This document shows, in pieces, positions 9,160 through 20,000 of a DNA stretch of 64,000 nt. Numbering within the stretch: position 1 is the first letter of the stretch; each line of letters begins with the position of its first letter. The position numbers and the translations under genes are program-made. This stretch comes from Patescibacteria group bacterium. GTDB lineage: Bacteria; Acidobacteriota; Aminicenantia; UBA2199. The stretch lies in NCBI GenBank assembly GCA_035528155.1, contig DATKZA010000014.1, positions 419 to 64,418 on the forward strand, in the 5' to 3' direction. The notes beneath the pieces were generated by a model. The model saw nothing but the letters and a program-made list of their open reading frames with translations. It searched no databases and had not been told where the DNA came from.

Positions 9160-9236
9160 CGAGTGACGAGGAAAGATAGCCGCATTAATTCGAGATCTTG
9201 CCGCTCCATGTCACTTGTCACTCGTCACTCGTCACT
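9141..9236. repeat. Inverted repeat made of degenerate heptamer units (xAGTGAC)n / (GTCACTx)n between convergent mutM and kinase genes
   Basis: Left arm AGTGACAAGTGACAAGTAACGAGTGACGAG (9141-9170). Right arm GTCACTTGTCACTCGTCACTCGTCACT (9210-9236). The loop is ~39 nt. The left arm supplies the last codons and the stop of mutM. Confidence 0.6.
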
Positions 9237-9246
9237 ATAGCTTGGT

Positions 9247-10344
9247 TCAGATCTTGGCGATGAGCGATGATATCCAGGCGCTGATCGTGTGCCAGAGCGA
9301 GAGGATCATGCCGGGGATGCGCTCGTAGTTAAAGAAGATCCAGACCGTCAGGGTTAAAACAAGGATCAGATTCAGTATGACGCGGCGCAGGGGGCGTCTG
9401 GGCTTTTTGCGGATTTTGGAGCGCGAAGACTGCCTGGCGGTGGGGCTGGTGGCGCCGGTGCCGCTCAATCGGGTCTTTTCCCGGTTTACTGCCGTCGAAA
9501 TGTCGCTGAACTCAGGCTTTTCGGCCTTGGGCAGCTTGAACGGCTTGAACAGCGGTTTGACCAGTTCCTGCCACTCTTTTTCCGTGCCCGGGCGTTTGGC
9601 GCGCTCCTTGGCCATCATGAGGTCGATCAGCGGCTGGAAGGCGGCCAGCTCCCCGGGCAAGCGCGGGATGGGTTCGGTCACGTGCTTCATGATGACCGCC
9701 ATGGTCTGGCTGCCCTTGAAGGGCGGCGTGCCGCTCAGCATTTCGAAAAGGACCACGCCCAGGCTGTAGATATCGCTGCAGCCGTCGACGCGCTTGGCGT
9801 TCAGCTGCTCGGGGCTCATGTAGCGCGGCGTGCCCATGCTCATGCCCGAGCGGGTAAGCTGGGTGGTGGATTCGAGCACCCGGGCGATGCCGAAATCGAG
9901 GATGACCGGCGTGCCGTCACGGCGGAACATGATGTTGTCGGGTTTGACGTCGCGATGAATGAATCCCCGGCGGTGGGCGTAGAACAGGGCCGCCGCGACC
10001 TGGTTGGCGATGGTCAGCGCCTCGTTGGGATCGAGTCGCCGGCGTAAATGGATGCGCTGCTTGAGGCTTTCGGGGAAGAACTCCATGGCCATGAAGTACA
10101 GGGCGCCGCTCTTGCCCGCTTCGTACACCCTCACGATATTGGGGTGGTGCAGGCTGGAGATGGTCTGCGCCTCCTTGATGAAGCGTTTGACCGCCACATT
10201 TTCCGAGAAGCGGCTGCGGGTCATGACCTTCACTGCCACCAGCCGCGAGTGTTTCAGGTCCACGGCCAGGAACACGTCGGCGGCAGCGCCGCTGCCCAGG
10301 AATTTTTTCAGCTCGTATCCGGGAACTTCGGGAAAAGCGGCCAT
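9247..10344 (-). CDS. Ser/Thr protein kinase (Hanks type) with C-terminal membrane anchor
   Basis: GSGAAADVFLA...VAVKV (ATP site), HRDVKPDNIMF (catalytic loop), DFGIA and SPEQ. One C-terminal TM helix (LILVLTLTVWIFF). Confidence 0.85.
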   Translation of the reverse strand: MAAFPEVPGYELKKFLGSGAAADVFLAVDLKHSRLVAVKVMTRSRFSENVAVKRFIKEAQTISSLHHPNIVRVYEAGKSGALYFMAMEFFPESLKQRIHLRRRLDPNEALTIANQVAAALFYAHRRGFIHRDVKPDNIMFRRDGTPVILDFGIARVLESTTQLTRSGMSMGTPRYMSPEQLNAKRVDGCSDIYSLGVVLFEMLSGTPPFKGSQTMAVIMKHVTEPIPRLPGELAAFQPLIDLMMAKERAKRPGTEKEWQELVKPLFKPFKLPKAEKPEFSDISTAVNREKTRLSGTGATSPTARQSSRSKIRKKPRRPLRRVILNLILVLTLTVWIFFNYERIPGMILSLWHTISAWISSLIAKI

Positions 10345-10349
10345 ATTTT

Positions 10350-11366
10350 TTATTTGACTGGCGCTGAGTTTTCTTTATGGTATAGTCCCAAGCGCAAAAA
10401 AAGTTTCAGCCCCCCCCAAACGGTTAAAAAAGTACCCAGGCCTGCGACCAGGAATATTCCCCATGCGGAGGAGGAAGCGGCCGGGATCAAAGTCAGCGTC
10501 AGCCGCAGAGACAGGCTGAGCAGCCAGAAGAGCAGACCGCCAAGCAGCACGCGCAGCAGACGGATCGGAAGGGAACCTGTGTCTTCCGGGAGTTCTGACC
10601 TGAGTGCCAGGGTGAAGGCGGCGTTCAAGCCGATATAGAATCCGGCAAATTTGGCGCTGAGCAAAGAAAAGAGTGCCAGGAGCAGCGGCAGGACAAAAAG
10701 GAAAAAAAAGTACAATATTCCCGGCAGGGAGGAGGCGATCCTGGTCTTGGCAGCCGCGAAAAAGCGGTTCCGGTCAGGGTCGCTGCCGATGAGCCGCCAG
10801 GCGAAAAACAGTAGCAATCCGCCCAGCAGGGCGCCGCCCAATACGTCGGCCAGAAAATGCACGCCCAGGTATATGCGGGTGAAAGCCAGCAGCGCCACCA
10901 TGAACGGAGCCAGCCAGGCCAGTACGCGGCTGCGGAACACGATGGCCAGCCCGCCCCATATGGCGATAGCGCCCGAGACATGGCCCGACGGAAAACCGAA
11001 CGAAACCCCCTTGAGCCTGAAGGCGTTGATAACCGCTTGCCGGGGGAGGGCGAAAAAGCTTTTGCCGCCCATGGCCAGGAAAGGGCTGGCGGCGTCCCAG
11101 CCGGGTTCCAGGCAGGCCACGCGGGAATCGGCGAAAAAGGGGCGCGGCAGGCCGAAAAACTGCTTGGCGATCTCGCTGACGACGGCCGTCAAGGCGATGA
11201 TCTGAAATAACAGGAACCCCTTGCGCAGACTGACGCCCAGCATGACGGCGATGACCATGCCGATGACGAACTGGTAGTAGCCGGTGGCGGTGATCTGGCG
11301 CATCAGCCAGGTCAGGCTGTCTGAAGCCAATGACTGCAGGACGATATTGATCTCGGTCAGGAACAT
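10350..11366 (-). CDS. PAP2-family membrane phosphatase
   Basis: Polytopic membrane protein with PAP2 motifs PSGHVSGA and RIYLGVHFLADVLGG. Lies 5 nt upstream of the kinase gene. Confidence 0.75.
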   Translation of the reverse strand: MFLTEINIVLQSLASDSLTWLMRQITATGYYQFVIGMVIAVMLGVSLRKGFLLFQIIALTAVVSEIAKQFFGLPRPFFADSRVACLEPGWDAASPFLAMGGKSFFALPRQAVINAFRLKGVSFGFPSGHVSGAIAIWGGLAIVFRSRVLAWLAPFMVALLAFTRIYLGVHFLADVLGGALLGGLLLFFAWRLIGSDPDRNRFFAAAKTRIASSLPGILYFFFLFVLPLLLALFSLLSAKFAGFYIGLNAAFTLALRSELPEDTGSLPIRLLRVLLGGLLFWLLSLSLRLTLTLIPAASSSAWGIFLVAGLGTFLTVWGGLKLFLRLGLYHKENSAPVK

Positions 11367-11478
11367 GGCGCTACCTCTATTATGGAATGATTAGCCGGTT
11401 CACATTGTCCGCTAAAGACAGTCGAGTTGTCAACCGCGGTGGTTTTTGCGGCAAGCTTTGCGCCGGCGGCCGGCGATT

Positions 11479-11847
11479 TTACTCGTGGTAGCCGTGGCCG
11501 CCGCAGGCGTTGTTGAAGGTGAGTTCGATCAATTCGCCGGAGCTGAATTTGTCGATTGCCTGCTGCACCGTTTCGCCGGCCAGCAGATAGATCTTGATCC
11601 CGCCCTGGTTGAGCAGCTGCACGGCCCGCTGGCCCATGCCGCTGGTCAGGACGGCGTTGACATCCATCCCGGAGATCTTCCTCAAAGGCTGGCAGGCGCC
11701 GTGGGCATGATGCTGGTTGTCGTTTTCTATGACTTGGACACCCTTGGTTTCACTGTCATAGATGGTGAAATAACCGGCACTGCCGAAATGATTGTGCACC
11801 GTTTCGCTCAATCCGTTTTTTCCGTTTGTAGGCAAGCATATTTTCAT
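11479..11847 (-). CDS. NifB/NifX-family (dinitrogenase FeMo-cofactor-binding fold) protein
   Basis: 122 aa: MKICLPTNGKNGLSETVHNHFGSAGYFTIYD...VLTSGMGQRAVQLLNQGGIKIY is typical of this family. Confidence 0.75.
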   Translation of the reverse strand: MKICLPTNGKNGLSETVHNHFGSAGYFTIYDSETKGVQVIENDNQHHAHGACQPLRKISGMDVNAVLTSGMGQRAVQLLNQGGIKIYLLAGETVQQAIDKFSSGELIELTFNNACGGHGYHE

Positions 11848-11863
11848 TTTATTCTCCTTTTAT

Positions 11864-12142
11864 TTATTGGCGGTTTATTTTGATGGCCTTGTCATGGAGC
11901 AGCGCGTCGATGATCTTGAACCTTCCCGATTCCAGGAGCCGCTGTACGGTTCCCCGGGAAATGTTCATTTTTTCCGCTGCTTCGATCTGGCTCAGCCGGT
12001 CATGGTCGCATAAGCGCACGGCTTCGAACTCGTCCAGGAATATTTCATTCAGGGACGTTTCCAGCAAGGATAGCGAGCGCGGTTTGAAAATCTTGTCCGA
12101 CTCCAGGAAGCGGCAACAGCGGAGTTTTTTGCAGCGCGGCAT
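11864..12142 (-). CDS. DUF134/UPF0251 family putative DNA-binding protein
   Basis: 92 aa: MPRCKKLRCC...FKP...LDEFEAVRLCDHDRLSQIEAAEKMNISRGTVQRLL is the family signature with a sigma70-region-4-like HTH. Confidence 0.7.
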   Translation of the reverse strand: MPRCKKLRCCRFLESDKIFKPRSLSLLETSLNEIFLDEFEAVRLCDHDRLSQIEAAEKMNISRGTVQRLLESGRFKIIDALLHDKAIKINRQ

Positions 12143-12156
12143 TTACTTTCTCCAAT

Positions 12157-12170
12157 TGTGCATATGCACA
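12157..12170. promoter_or_regulatory. Perfect 14-bp palindrome TGTGCATATGCACA, 15 nt upstream of the DUF134 start, in a divergent intergenic region
   Basis: Read directly from the sequence. It lies between the DUF134 operon (-) and the RND operon (+). Confidence 0.4.
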
Positions 12171-12336
12171 TTATGAGGCATGTTTTGCCCGATGTCAACC
12201 GTCTGGACGATTCAGGCGGGAATCATTTTTCGAGGATCAGGATTAAAGAACAAAATAAAGACGATGAGTGCTTTCGATAAATGGTTTTGCTGTTCACGAA
12301 CAACCCCGCACCATGCCCCAATTGAAAAGAAAAATA

Positions 12337-12365
12337 TTGACATTTTCCGCAATTTGGTTTATTTT
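12337..12365 (+). promoter_or_regulatory. Sigma70-like promoter for the RND efflux operon
   Basis: TTGACA (12337-12342), a 17-nt spacer, then TATTTT (12360-12365), ~70 nt upstream of the ATG at 12434. Confidence 0.4.
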
Positions 12366-12433
12366 TTACTGAACTTTGCCAACTTTTTTCTCGTACAGTT
12401 ACGTGGCCTTGCTAACGGCAGAAGGATGGTAAG

Positions 12434-13660
12434 ATGAAGATGAAAATTTCGCGCAACAGATTGTTTCTGGTCGCCGGAGCGGTTTTGGTCGTTGCCTTCC
12501 TGGGCTGGAAGATCTATGAGAAAACCAAGGGCGGAGAAGGCTCCGGCCTCGGCGGCGTCGCCGTGGCCGTCGAGATCGCTCCCATCCAGAAAAGCTCCCT
12601 GCGCGACCTGGCCCGGTTCACCGGCACCCTGACCGCGAAGTCCAATGTCGTCGTGGCCCCGAAGATCGCCGGCCGCCTGAACCGGCTCCTGGTCGATATC
12701 GGCGATCCGGTGCGCAGCGGGCAGCTTCTGGCCGTCCTGGAGGACGAGGAATACCGCCAGCAGGTCATCCAGGCCGAGGCCGACCTGCGCGTGGCCGCCG
12801 CCAATTTGGAAGAGGCCCGAAGTTCCCTGGCCATGGCCGACCGCAACCTGGAGCGGGCGCGGACTCTTCACCAGACCGGCATCCAGTCGGACGCGCAGCT
12901 GGACCAGGTTCTCGCCCAGCAGCAGGCCCAATCGGCCAGGTACAACGTAACCGTGGCCCAGCTGGCGAACCGCGAAGCAGCCCTGGAGAGTTCCCGGGTG
13001 CGCCTCTCCTATTCCCAGATCAAAACATCCTGGGACAAGGGCGGCACGGTGCGCTACGTCGGCGAACGGTTCGCCGATGAGGGAGCCATGCTCACGGTGA
13101 ACAATCCCATCCTGACCATCATCCAACTGCAACCGATCCTCGCCGTCATCCACGTCACCGACAAGGATTACTTCCGCCTGAAGATCGGCCAGCCGGCCTG
13201 GATCAGCGGCAGCGCTTTTCCGGGCAAGGGCTTCCAGGGGCGCATCGTCCGCATCGCCCCCCTGCTGCAGGAAGCTTCGCGCCAGGCCCGGGTGGAGATC
13301 GAGGTAGAAAACCAGGAAAAACTTCTCAAGCCGGGCATGTTCGTCACCACTCAGATCGAGTACGCCCGCCGCGCCGACGTCACGGTCGTCCCCTACAACG
13401 CCCTGGCCAAAAGAAACGACCGGCAGGGGATCTTCCTGGTCGACCGGGCCACGAAGCTGGCCCGCTTCATCCCGGTCGAGACCGGGATCGTAGAGGGCGG
13501 GCGCGTGGAAATCGTCGCCCCGAAAAACCTTTCCGGTTACGTGGTCACTCTGGGACATTACTTGCTTGAAATCGAGGGCCAGGTCATCATTCCCGAAGCG
13601 CCCGCCGCTGCCGGCGATCCTCCGGGCGAAAGCGCGGTTCCGGGCGGAGACGGCCGATGA
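12434..13660 (+). CDS. RND efflux periplasmic adaptor (HlyD/MFP family)
   Basis: 408 aa with an N-terminal anchor, a coiled-coil hairpin (QAEADLRVAAANLEEA...) and lipoyl/beta-barrel segments (KPGMFV). ATGA overlap with the pump gene. Confidence 0.85.
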   Translation: MKMKISRNRLFLVAGAVLVVAFLGWKIYEKTKGGEGSGLGGVAVAVEIAPIQKSSLRDLARFTGTLTAKSNVVVAPKIAGRLNRLLVDIGDPVRSGQLLAVLEDEEYRQQVIQAEADLRVAAANLEEARSSLAMADRNLERARTLHQTGIQSDAQLDQVLAQQQAQSARYNVTVAQLANREAALESSRVRLSYSQIKTSWDKGGTVRYVGERFADEGAMLTVNNPILTIIQLQPILAVIHVTDKDYFRLKIGQPAWISGSAFPGKGFQGRIVRIAPLLQEASRQARVEIEVENQEKLLKPGMFVTTQIEYARRADVTVVPYNALAKRNDRQGIFLVDRATKLARFIPVETGIVEGGRVEIVAPKNLSGYVVTLGHYLLEIEGQVIIPEAPAAAGDPPGESAVPGGDGR

Positions 13661-16600
13661 ACATCTCGGATTTTTCCATCAAGCGCCCGGTGTTCACGGT
13701 GATGCTCACCCTGGCCATTGTGGCCGTGGGCCTGGTGGCGGTCAGCCGCCTGCCGATCGACCTCATGCCCGACATCACCTTCCCCACGCTGAGCATCTCC
13801 ACCTCCTATGAGAACACCGGGCCGGAGGAGATCGAGCAGATCATCACCCGGCCGATCGAGGAGGCCATGAGCGCCGTGCCCGGAGTCGAGGAGGTGTACT
13901 CGGTGTCCTCGGAGGGCAGCAGCAGCGTGCGGGTGATGTTCTCCTGGGGAACGGACCTGTCCGCCGCCGCCGACGACGTGCGCGAGCGCCTCGACCGCAT
14001 CATTTCGCACCTTCCCGAGGACGTTGAGCGGCCGATGCTGCGCAAGTTCGACCCGGCCATGTTCCCCATCCTGCTCATCGGCGCCCTCAGCAACCTCGAC
14101 CCCATCCAGACGCGGCGCATCATCGACGAGCAGATCTCCTACCGCCTCGAACGCGTTCCCGGGGTGGCCTCGGTCGATATCTGGGGCGGCCACGAGCGCG
14201 AGATCCAGGTCAATCTCGACGTTGACAAGGTGAAGGCGCTGGGGCTGCCGCTCGACCGCGTCATCACCGGCATCCGCGAGGGCAACGTCGACCTGCCGGC
14301 CGGGGTCATCGAGCGCGGCAACTACGAGATCCTGGTGCGCATTCCCGGCGTGTTCACCAACCTGCAGGAGATACGCGACACGGTCGTGGCCATGCGTGCC
14401 GGCGTGCCCGTACGCCTTAAGGAGATCGCCGACATCATGGACACCTTCCGCAAGATCACGCGCGTCGTGCGCGTCGACGGCATCCCCGGCACGCGCCTGG
14501 CGATCTACAAGCAGTCGGGAAAGAACACGGTCGAGGTGGCCAACGGCGTGCTCAAAGAGATCGCCCGCATCCAGGAGGACTGGCCGCAGATCCGGCTGAT
14601 CCCCATCCGCGACAGCTCCGAGTACATCAAGAACGCCATGGCCAACGTCAGCTCCACCGCCGTCTACGGCGGCCTGCTGGCCGTGCTCGTCCTGCTCTTC
14701 TTCCTGGGCAGCGTGCGCAGCACCGTGGTCATCGCCGTCTCCATCCCCATCTCGATCGTGGCCACCTTTGCCCTGATCTATTTCAACGGCTTCACGCTGA
14801 ACATCATGACCCTGGGCGGCCTGGCCCTGGGCATCGGCATGCTGGTCGACAACTCGATCGTCGTGCTGGAGAACATCGTGCGCCTGAAGGAAGGCGGCGT
14901 GCCGCCCATACAGGCCGCCCATGATGGGACGGGTGAAGTCGCCACCGCCGTGGTCGCCAGCACCCTGACCACCATCTGCGTCTTCCTGCCCATGATCTTC
15001 GTGCGCGGCGTCGCCGGCATCATGTTCAAGCAGCTGGCCTTCGTGGTCAGCTTCTCCCTGATCTGTTCGTTGTTCGTCGCCCTGACCCTGGTGCCCATGC
15101 TCTCCAGCCGCTTTCTGGGTCCAGCCAGGGCCCCGCGCTCGCGGCTGGAAAAGTGGAAGGTGCGGGTCACCTCGACGATCAAGCACGCGCTGTCCGTCCT
15201 GGAGGAGCACTATAAGCGCCTGCTCCACTACACCCTTGACCACCGCCCCAGGGTGCTGCTGGTCGTGGCCGCCCTGCTGGTGGGCAGCATCGCCCTGGTC
15301 CGCCTGGTGGGCAGCGAGTTCATGCCCACGACCGATGAGGGCGAGGTGCGCCTGAACGTCGAGATGGAAGTCGGCACCCGCCTGGCTGTTCTTGACGAGA
15401 AGTTCAAGGAGATCGCCGCCATCTTGCGCCGCGAGGTCCCGGAGATAGCCAGCATCGAGGAGAGCATCGGCGGCGGCGGCTGGCGACACGGCTCCCACAC
15501 CGGTGATTTCACCATCAAACTGGTTCCCCGCTCCCGGCGCTCGCGCTCGAGCGAGGAGATTGCCATGGGCCTGCGGCGCTCCCTGCAGGACATCCCCGGC
15601 GTCGTCATCCGCGCCCGCGCCGGCGGCGGCTTCTTCTTCATGCGCGGCGCCGGCGGCCAGGAGCGGGTGCAAGTAGAGGTTCGCGGCTTCGACCTGGAGA
15701 AGAGCGACGCCCTGGGACAGCAGGTGAAGAAGATCGTGGAGGGCGTTCGCGGTGTCTCCGACGTCCGCCTCAGCCGCGAACTGGGCAAGCCCGAGGAACT
15801 GCTGGTCATCAACCGCCCGGCCGCGGCGGACATGAAGCTGTCGGTGAGCCAGATCGGCGGCATGCTCGAGACCGTGCTCTCCGGCACCCAGGCCAGCACC
15901 TTCCGCGAGGGCGGCAAGGAATACCGCATCCTGGTCAAGGTGAAAGACGCCGAGACCTTGACCATCGAGGACCTGTTGAACCTGACGCTCACCAACAGCG
16001 ACAACCGGCCGGTCAGCCTGCGCAACGTCGTCGCGGTCAAGCCGCGCAGCGGCCCGCAGCGCATCGAGCGCCGCGACCGCGAGCGCGTGTTGACCATCTC
16101 GGCCGAGATCGAGGACCGCGACCTGGCCTCGGTCCTGGCCGACATCCGCGCCGGCCTGCGCCGCGTCCCCATCCCCCGCGACTTCGAGGTCACCTTTACC
16201 GGTGACTTCGAGGAGCAGGAGAAGGCGTTCCGCGAGCTGCTGATCAGCATCATCCTGGCCCTGATGCTGGTCTACATGGTCATGGCCATGCAGTTCGAAT
16301 CGGTGCGCGATCCCTTCATCGTCATGTTCTCGGTGCCGCTGGCGGTCATCGGCGTCATCTGGATGCTGCTGATCACCGGCACCACCTTCAACATGCAGTC
16401 CTACATCGGCTGCATCATGCTGGGCGGCATCGTGGTCAACAACGCCATCCTGCTGGTGGACCACACCAACCTGCTGCGCCGGCGCGACAAGATGGCGGTG
16501 CGCCAGGCCATCGAGGAGGCCGGGCGCCGGCGCCTGCGCCCCATCCTGATGACCGCCTCGACGACCATCCTGGCCATGCTGCCCCTGGCCATGGGGCTGA

Positions 16601-16731
16601 GGGAAGGAAGCGAGGCCCAGGCGCCCATGGCCCGCGCCGTGGTCGGCGGCCTGCTGAGCGCGAGCCTGATCACCCTGGTCGTCATCCCCGTTATCTATTC
16701 CCTGTTCGAGGGGAAGAAGGACAAGGCGTAA
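13657..16731 (+). CDS. RND efflux permease (AcrB/CzcA superfamily), 12-TM
   Basis: 1024 aa. [22 protein letters not shown]..., two large periplasmic loops and the conserved [16 protein letters not shown] motif. Confidence 0.93.
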   Translation: MNISDFSIKRPVFTVMLTLAIVAVGLVAVSRLPIDLMPDITFPTLSISTSYENTGPEEIEQIITRPIEEAMSAVPGVEEVYSVSSEGSSSVRVMFSWGTDLSAAADDVRERLDRIISHLPEDVERPMLRKFDPAMFPILLIGALSNLDPIQTRRIIDEQISYRLERVPGVASVDIWGGHEREIQVNLDVDKVKALGLPLDRVITGIREGNVDLPAGVIERGNYEILVRIPGVFTNLQEIRDTVVAMRAGVPVRLKEIADIMDTFRKITRVVRVDGIPGTRLAIYKQSGKNTVEVANGVLKEIARIQEDWPQIRLIPIRDSSEYIKNAMANVSSTAVYGGLLAVLVLLFFLGSVRSTVVIAVSIPISIVATFALIYFNGFTLNIMTLGGLALGIGMLVDNSIVVLENIVRLKEGGVPPIQAAHDGTGEVATAVVASTLTTICVFLPMIFVRGVAGIMFKQLAFVVSFSLICSLFVALTLVPMLSSRFLGPARAPRSRLEKWKVRVTSTIKHALSVLEEHYKRLLHYTLDHRPRVLLVVAALLVGSIALVRLVGSEFMPTTDEGEVRLNVEMEVGTRLAVLDEKFKEIAAILRREVPEIASIEESIGGGGWRHGSHTGDFTIKLVPRSRRSRSSEEIAMGLRRSLQDIPGVVIRARAGGGFFFMRGAGGQERVQVEVRGFDLEKSDALGQQVKKIVEGVRGVSDVRLSRELGKPEELLVINRPAAADMKLSVSQIGGMLETVLSGTQASTFREGGKEYRILVKVKDAETLTIEDLLNLTLTNSDNRPVSLRNVVAVKPRSGPQRIERRDRERVLTISAEIEDRDLASVLADIRAGLRRVPIPRDFEVTFTGDFEEQEKAFRELLISIILALMLVYMVMAMQFESVRDPFIVMFSVPLAVIGVIWMLLITGTTFNMQSYIGCIMLGGIVVNNAILLVDHTNLLRRRDKMAVRQAIEEAGRRRLRPILMTASTTILAMLPLAMGLREGSEAQAPMARAVVGGLLSASLITLVVIPVIYSLFEGKKDKA

Positions 16732-16813
16732 GCGGTTCGACTGGAAGGAAAGCCGTGCACGGCATCCTGGGCTCGATCTTCAAACGCCGCTGAGCTCGAA
16801 ACTCATCCCCCTG

Positions 16814-16890
16814 CCCCTTCTCTTGGCAAGAGAAGGGGAGAAGAGCGCTCCCCTCTCTTTTTGAAAGAGGGGGGTCGGGGCTGAGTTTTT
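16814..16890 (+). terminator. Two adjacent GA/CT-rich hairpins followed by a short T-run after the RND operon
   Basis: CCCCTTCTCTTG/CAAGAGAAGGGG at 16814-16838. An imperfect CCCCTCTCTTT...AAAGAGGGGGG at 16850-16874. TTTTT at 16886-16890. Confidence 0.4.
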
Positions 16891-16909
16891 ATAGTGACGG
16901 ATTCTGCAT

Positions 16910-16938
16910 TTGACTGTGTTCTGTTAATGTGCTAACAT
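16910..16938 (+). promoter_or_regulatory. Sigma70-like promoter for the PFOR gene
   Basis: TTGACT (16910-16915), a 17-nt spacer, then TAACAT (16933-16938). A ~95-nt leader ends in the AAGGAGA RBS. Confidence 0.4.
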
Positions 16939-17035
16939 TTTTTAATTCATTCCGGAAAAGCCACAGGAAATTCCAGCTCCGGATTCAGCGGCTTCCTGTT
17001 TTCCTGCCCTTTTCCTAAAACAAGGAGAAACCATC

Positions 17036-20000
17036 ATGAGCGACAAAACAGCGACCATCGACGGCAATACCGCCGCGACCCATGTGGCCTATGCTTTCAG
17101 CGAAGTGGCGGCCATTTATCCCATCACCCCCTCTTCCAACATGGGGGAATTGGCCGACGCCTGGGCGGCCACCGGGCGCAAGAACATCTTCGGCCAGGAA
17201 GTGGAGGTCATCGAACTGCAGTCCGAGGGCGGCGCTTCCGGAGCCGTGCACGGGGCCCTGACGGCCGGGTCCATGACCACGACCTTCACCGCCTCGCAGG
17301 GGCTGCTGCTGATGATCCCCAACATGCACAAGATCGCCGGCGAAATGCTGCCCACCGTGTTCCATGTGTCGGCCCGTTCGCTGGCCTGCCAGTCGCTCTC
17401 CATATTCGGCGACCATTCCGACGTCATGTCGGTGCGCAACACCGGCTTCGCGCTGGTCGCCGCCGCGTCGGTCCAGGAGACCATGGACCTGGCCGTGGCA
17501 TCGCACCTGGCCACCCTGGAAAGCAGCGTACCTTTCCTCAATTTCTTCGACGGCTTCCGCACCTCGCACGAGATCCAGAAAGTGGAAATGATCGACTACG
17601 AGACCATGGCCGGCATGCTGGACATGAAGCTGGTGGAGGATTTCCGCGCTCGCGCCCTGACCCCCGACCACCCGGTCCTGAAGGTGGGGCAGCAGACCCC
17701 CGACGTCTACTTCCAGGGCCGTGAAACGGTGAACCTGTATTACGAGAAGCTCCCGGCCATCCTGCAGAAATACATGGACATCGTGGCCAAGAAAACCGGC
17801 CGCCCCTACCACCTGTTCGACTACGTCGGCCATGCCGAGGCGGAACAGATCATCATCGCCATGGGTTCGGCCTGCGAAACCATCGAGGAGACCGTGGAAC
17901 ACCTGAATAAAAATGGGGCCAAGCTCGGCCTGATCAAGGTCCGCCTCTACCGGCCCTTCTCCCTGGATGCGCTGGTGAACGCCCTGCCCAAGTCGGTGAA
18001 GAAGATCGCCGTCCTCGACCGCACCAAGGAGCCCGGCGCCCTGGGCGAACCCCTGTACATGGATGTGGCCACCGCCCTGGCCAACCGCGGCCTGACCATC
18101 ATCGGCGGCCGTTACGGACTCAGCTCCAAGGAATTCACCCCGGCCATGGCCAAGGCGGTCTTTGAGCACCTGGACGGCCCCTGCTTCCATGACTTTACCG
18201 TCGGCATCAACGACGATGTCTCCAAGCGCTCGCTGCCCTTCGACGCCGATTTCTCCATCGAGAAGAGCGATACCATCAGCTGCATCTTCTGGGGACTGGG
18301 CTCGGACGGCACCGTGGGCGCCAACAAGAATTCCATCAAGATCATCGGCGACCATACCGACATGTACGCCCAGGGGTATTTTTCCTATGACTCCAAAAAA
18401 TCGGGCGGCATCACCATCTCCTACCTGCGCTTCGGCAAGAGCCCCATCCGCGCCCCCTACCTGTCGACCTCGGCCGACTTTGTTGCCCTGCACAATCCGG
18501 CCTACATCGGCCGCTATGACGTGCTCAAGGGGATCAAGACCGGCGGCACCTTCCTGCTCAACTCCGATTGGGGCAACGAGGAGGTGTTCGACCACCTGAC
18601 CCGCGACATGCAGGAAACCATCATCAACAAGAAAGTAAAGTTCTTCAACATCGACGCCCTGAAGATCTCGGAAGCGGTCGGCCTGGGCAAGCGCATCAAT
18701 ACCGTGATGCAGGTGGCTTTTTTCAAGATCTCCGGCGTGCTGCCCGGGGACGAAGCCATCCAGCTGATCAAGGACTCGATCAAGAAGACCTATGAGAAGA
18801 AGGGCGAGAAGATCGTCAAGATGAACTGGGACGCGGTCGACCGCACCAGCGCCGCCCTGCAGCAGATAAAGGTCCCGGCATCCGTCGCGGATATCAAGAA
18901 GTCGGCTTTGGTGCCCAAGCTGATCCCCGACAGCGCATCCGAGTTCGCGCGCACCGTCATCGACAAGATGATGCATCTGCAGGGCGACTCCATCCCGGTC
19001 TCGCAGATGCCCCTGGACGGCAAGGCGCCGACGGCCACCGCCAAACTGGAAAAGCGCGGCATCGCCCCCCAGGTGCCGCACTGGCTGAGCGAGAACTGCA
19101 TCCAGTGCAACCAGTGCTCGCTGGTCTGTCCGCACGCCGCCATCCGCGCCAAGCAGATCGAGCCGGCGCAGCTTGCCGGCAAGCCGGCATCGTTCCAGAC
19201 TATGAAATCAATCACCAAGAACGAGAAAAAGCTGGAATACAAGGTGCAGGTCTATATCGAGGACTGCACCGGTTGCGGCAACTGCGTCCATGTCTGCCCG
19301 GCCAAGACCAAAGCCCTGGAGTTCCGTCCCATCGAGGACGAACGCCGGGCCGGCGAGGATGAAAACGTCGAGTTCTTCGAAAATCTTCCCGATAACATCA
19401 TGGACGGCACCACGATCGCCATGTTCAAGGGCGTGCAGTTCCGCAAGCCCTTGTTCGAGTTCTCGGGCGCCTGCGCCGGCTGCGGCGAAACGCCCTATGT
19501 CAAGCTGGTCTCCCAGCTCTTCGGCGAGCGCATGATGATCGCCAACGCCACCGGCTGTTCCTCGATCTACAGCGGCACCTTCCCCACCACTCCCTATTGC
19601 GTGGGCAAGGACGGCCGCGGCCCGACCTGGGCCAACTCGCTGTTCGAGGACAACGCCGAGTACGGCCTGGGCATGCGCCTGGCCGTGGACTCCAACCGCA
19701 AGCAACTGCGCCATGCCATCGACCGCCTGCTCGCGGCCGGAACCGACAAAACCCTGGAAGTGGCATTAAAAAAATGCCTTGAGTTGTGGGGCGGCAATGG
19801 CGACGATGCCCAGGCGGCCGCCAAAGCAGTAAAAAACCTGCTTCCCGGTTTTTTGAAATCGGCTCCGGCTGAAAAGCAGTCCTTACTGCGCAAGATCGCC
19901 GAACTTCAGGACTACCTGGTCGACAAATCGGTCTGGTGCATCGGCGGCGACGGCTGGGCTTATGATATCGGCTACGGCGGCCTGGACCATGTGCTGGCCA

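Noticed and set aside
13558-16464. 968-aa ORF on the minus strand, plus 12359..13558(-), both antisense to the RND adaptor and pump genes
   Set aside because: These are shadow ORFs typical of high-GC DNA. The translations are low-complexity (Asp/Gly/Ala/His/Gln/Arg-rich) with no RBS and no recognisable domain. The sense strand encodes unmistakable RND proteins.
17015-19135. 706-aa minus-strand ORF antisense to the PFOR gene
   Set aside because: Same reasoning: a GC-driven open frame with a low-complexity product. The sense strand carries PFOR with intact Fe-S and TPP motifs.
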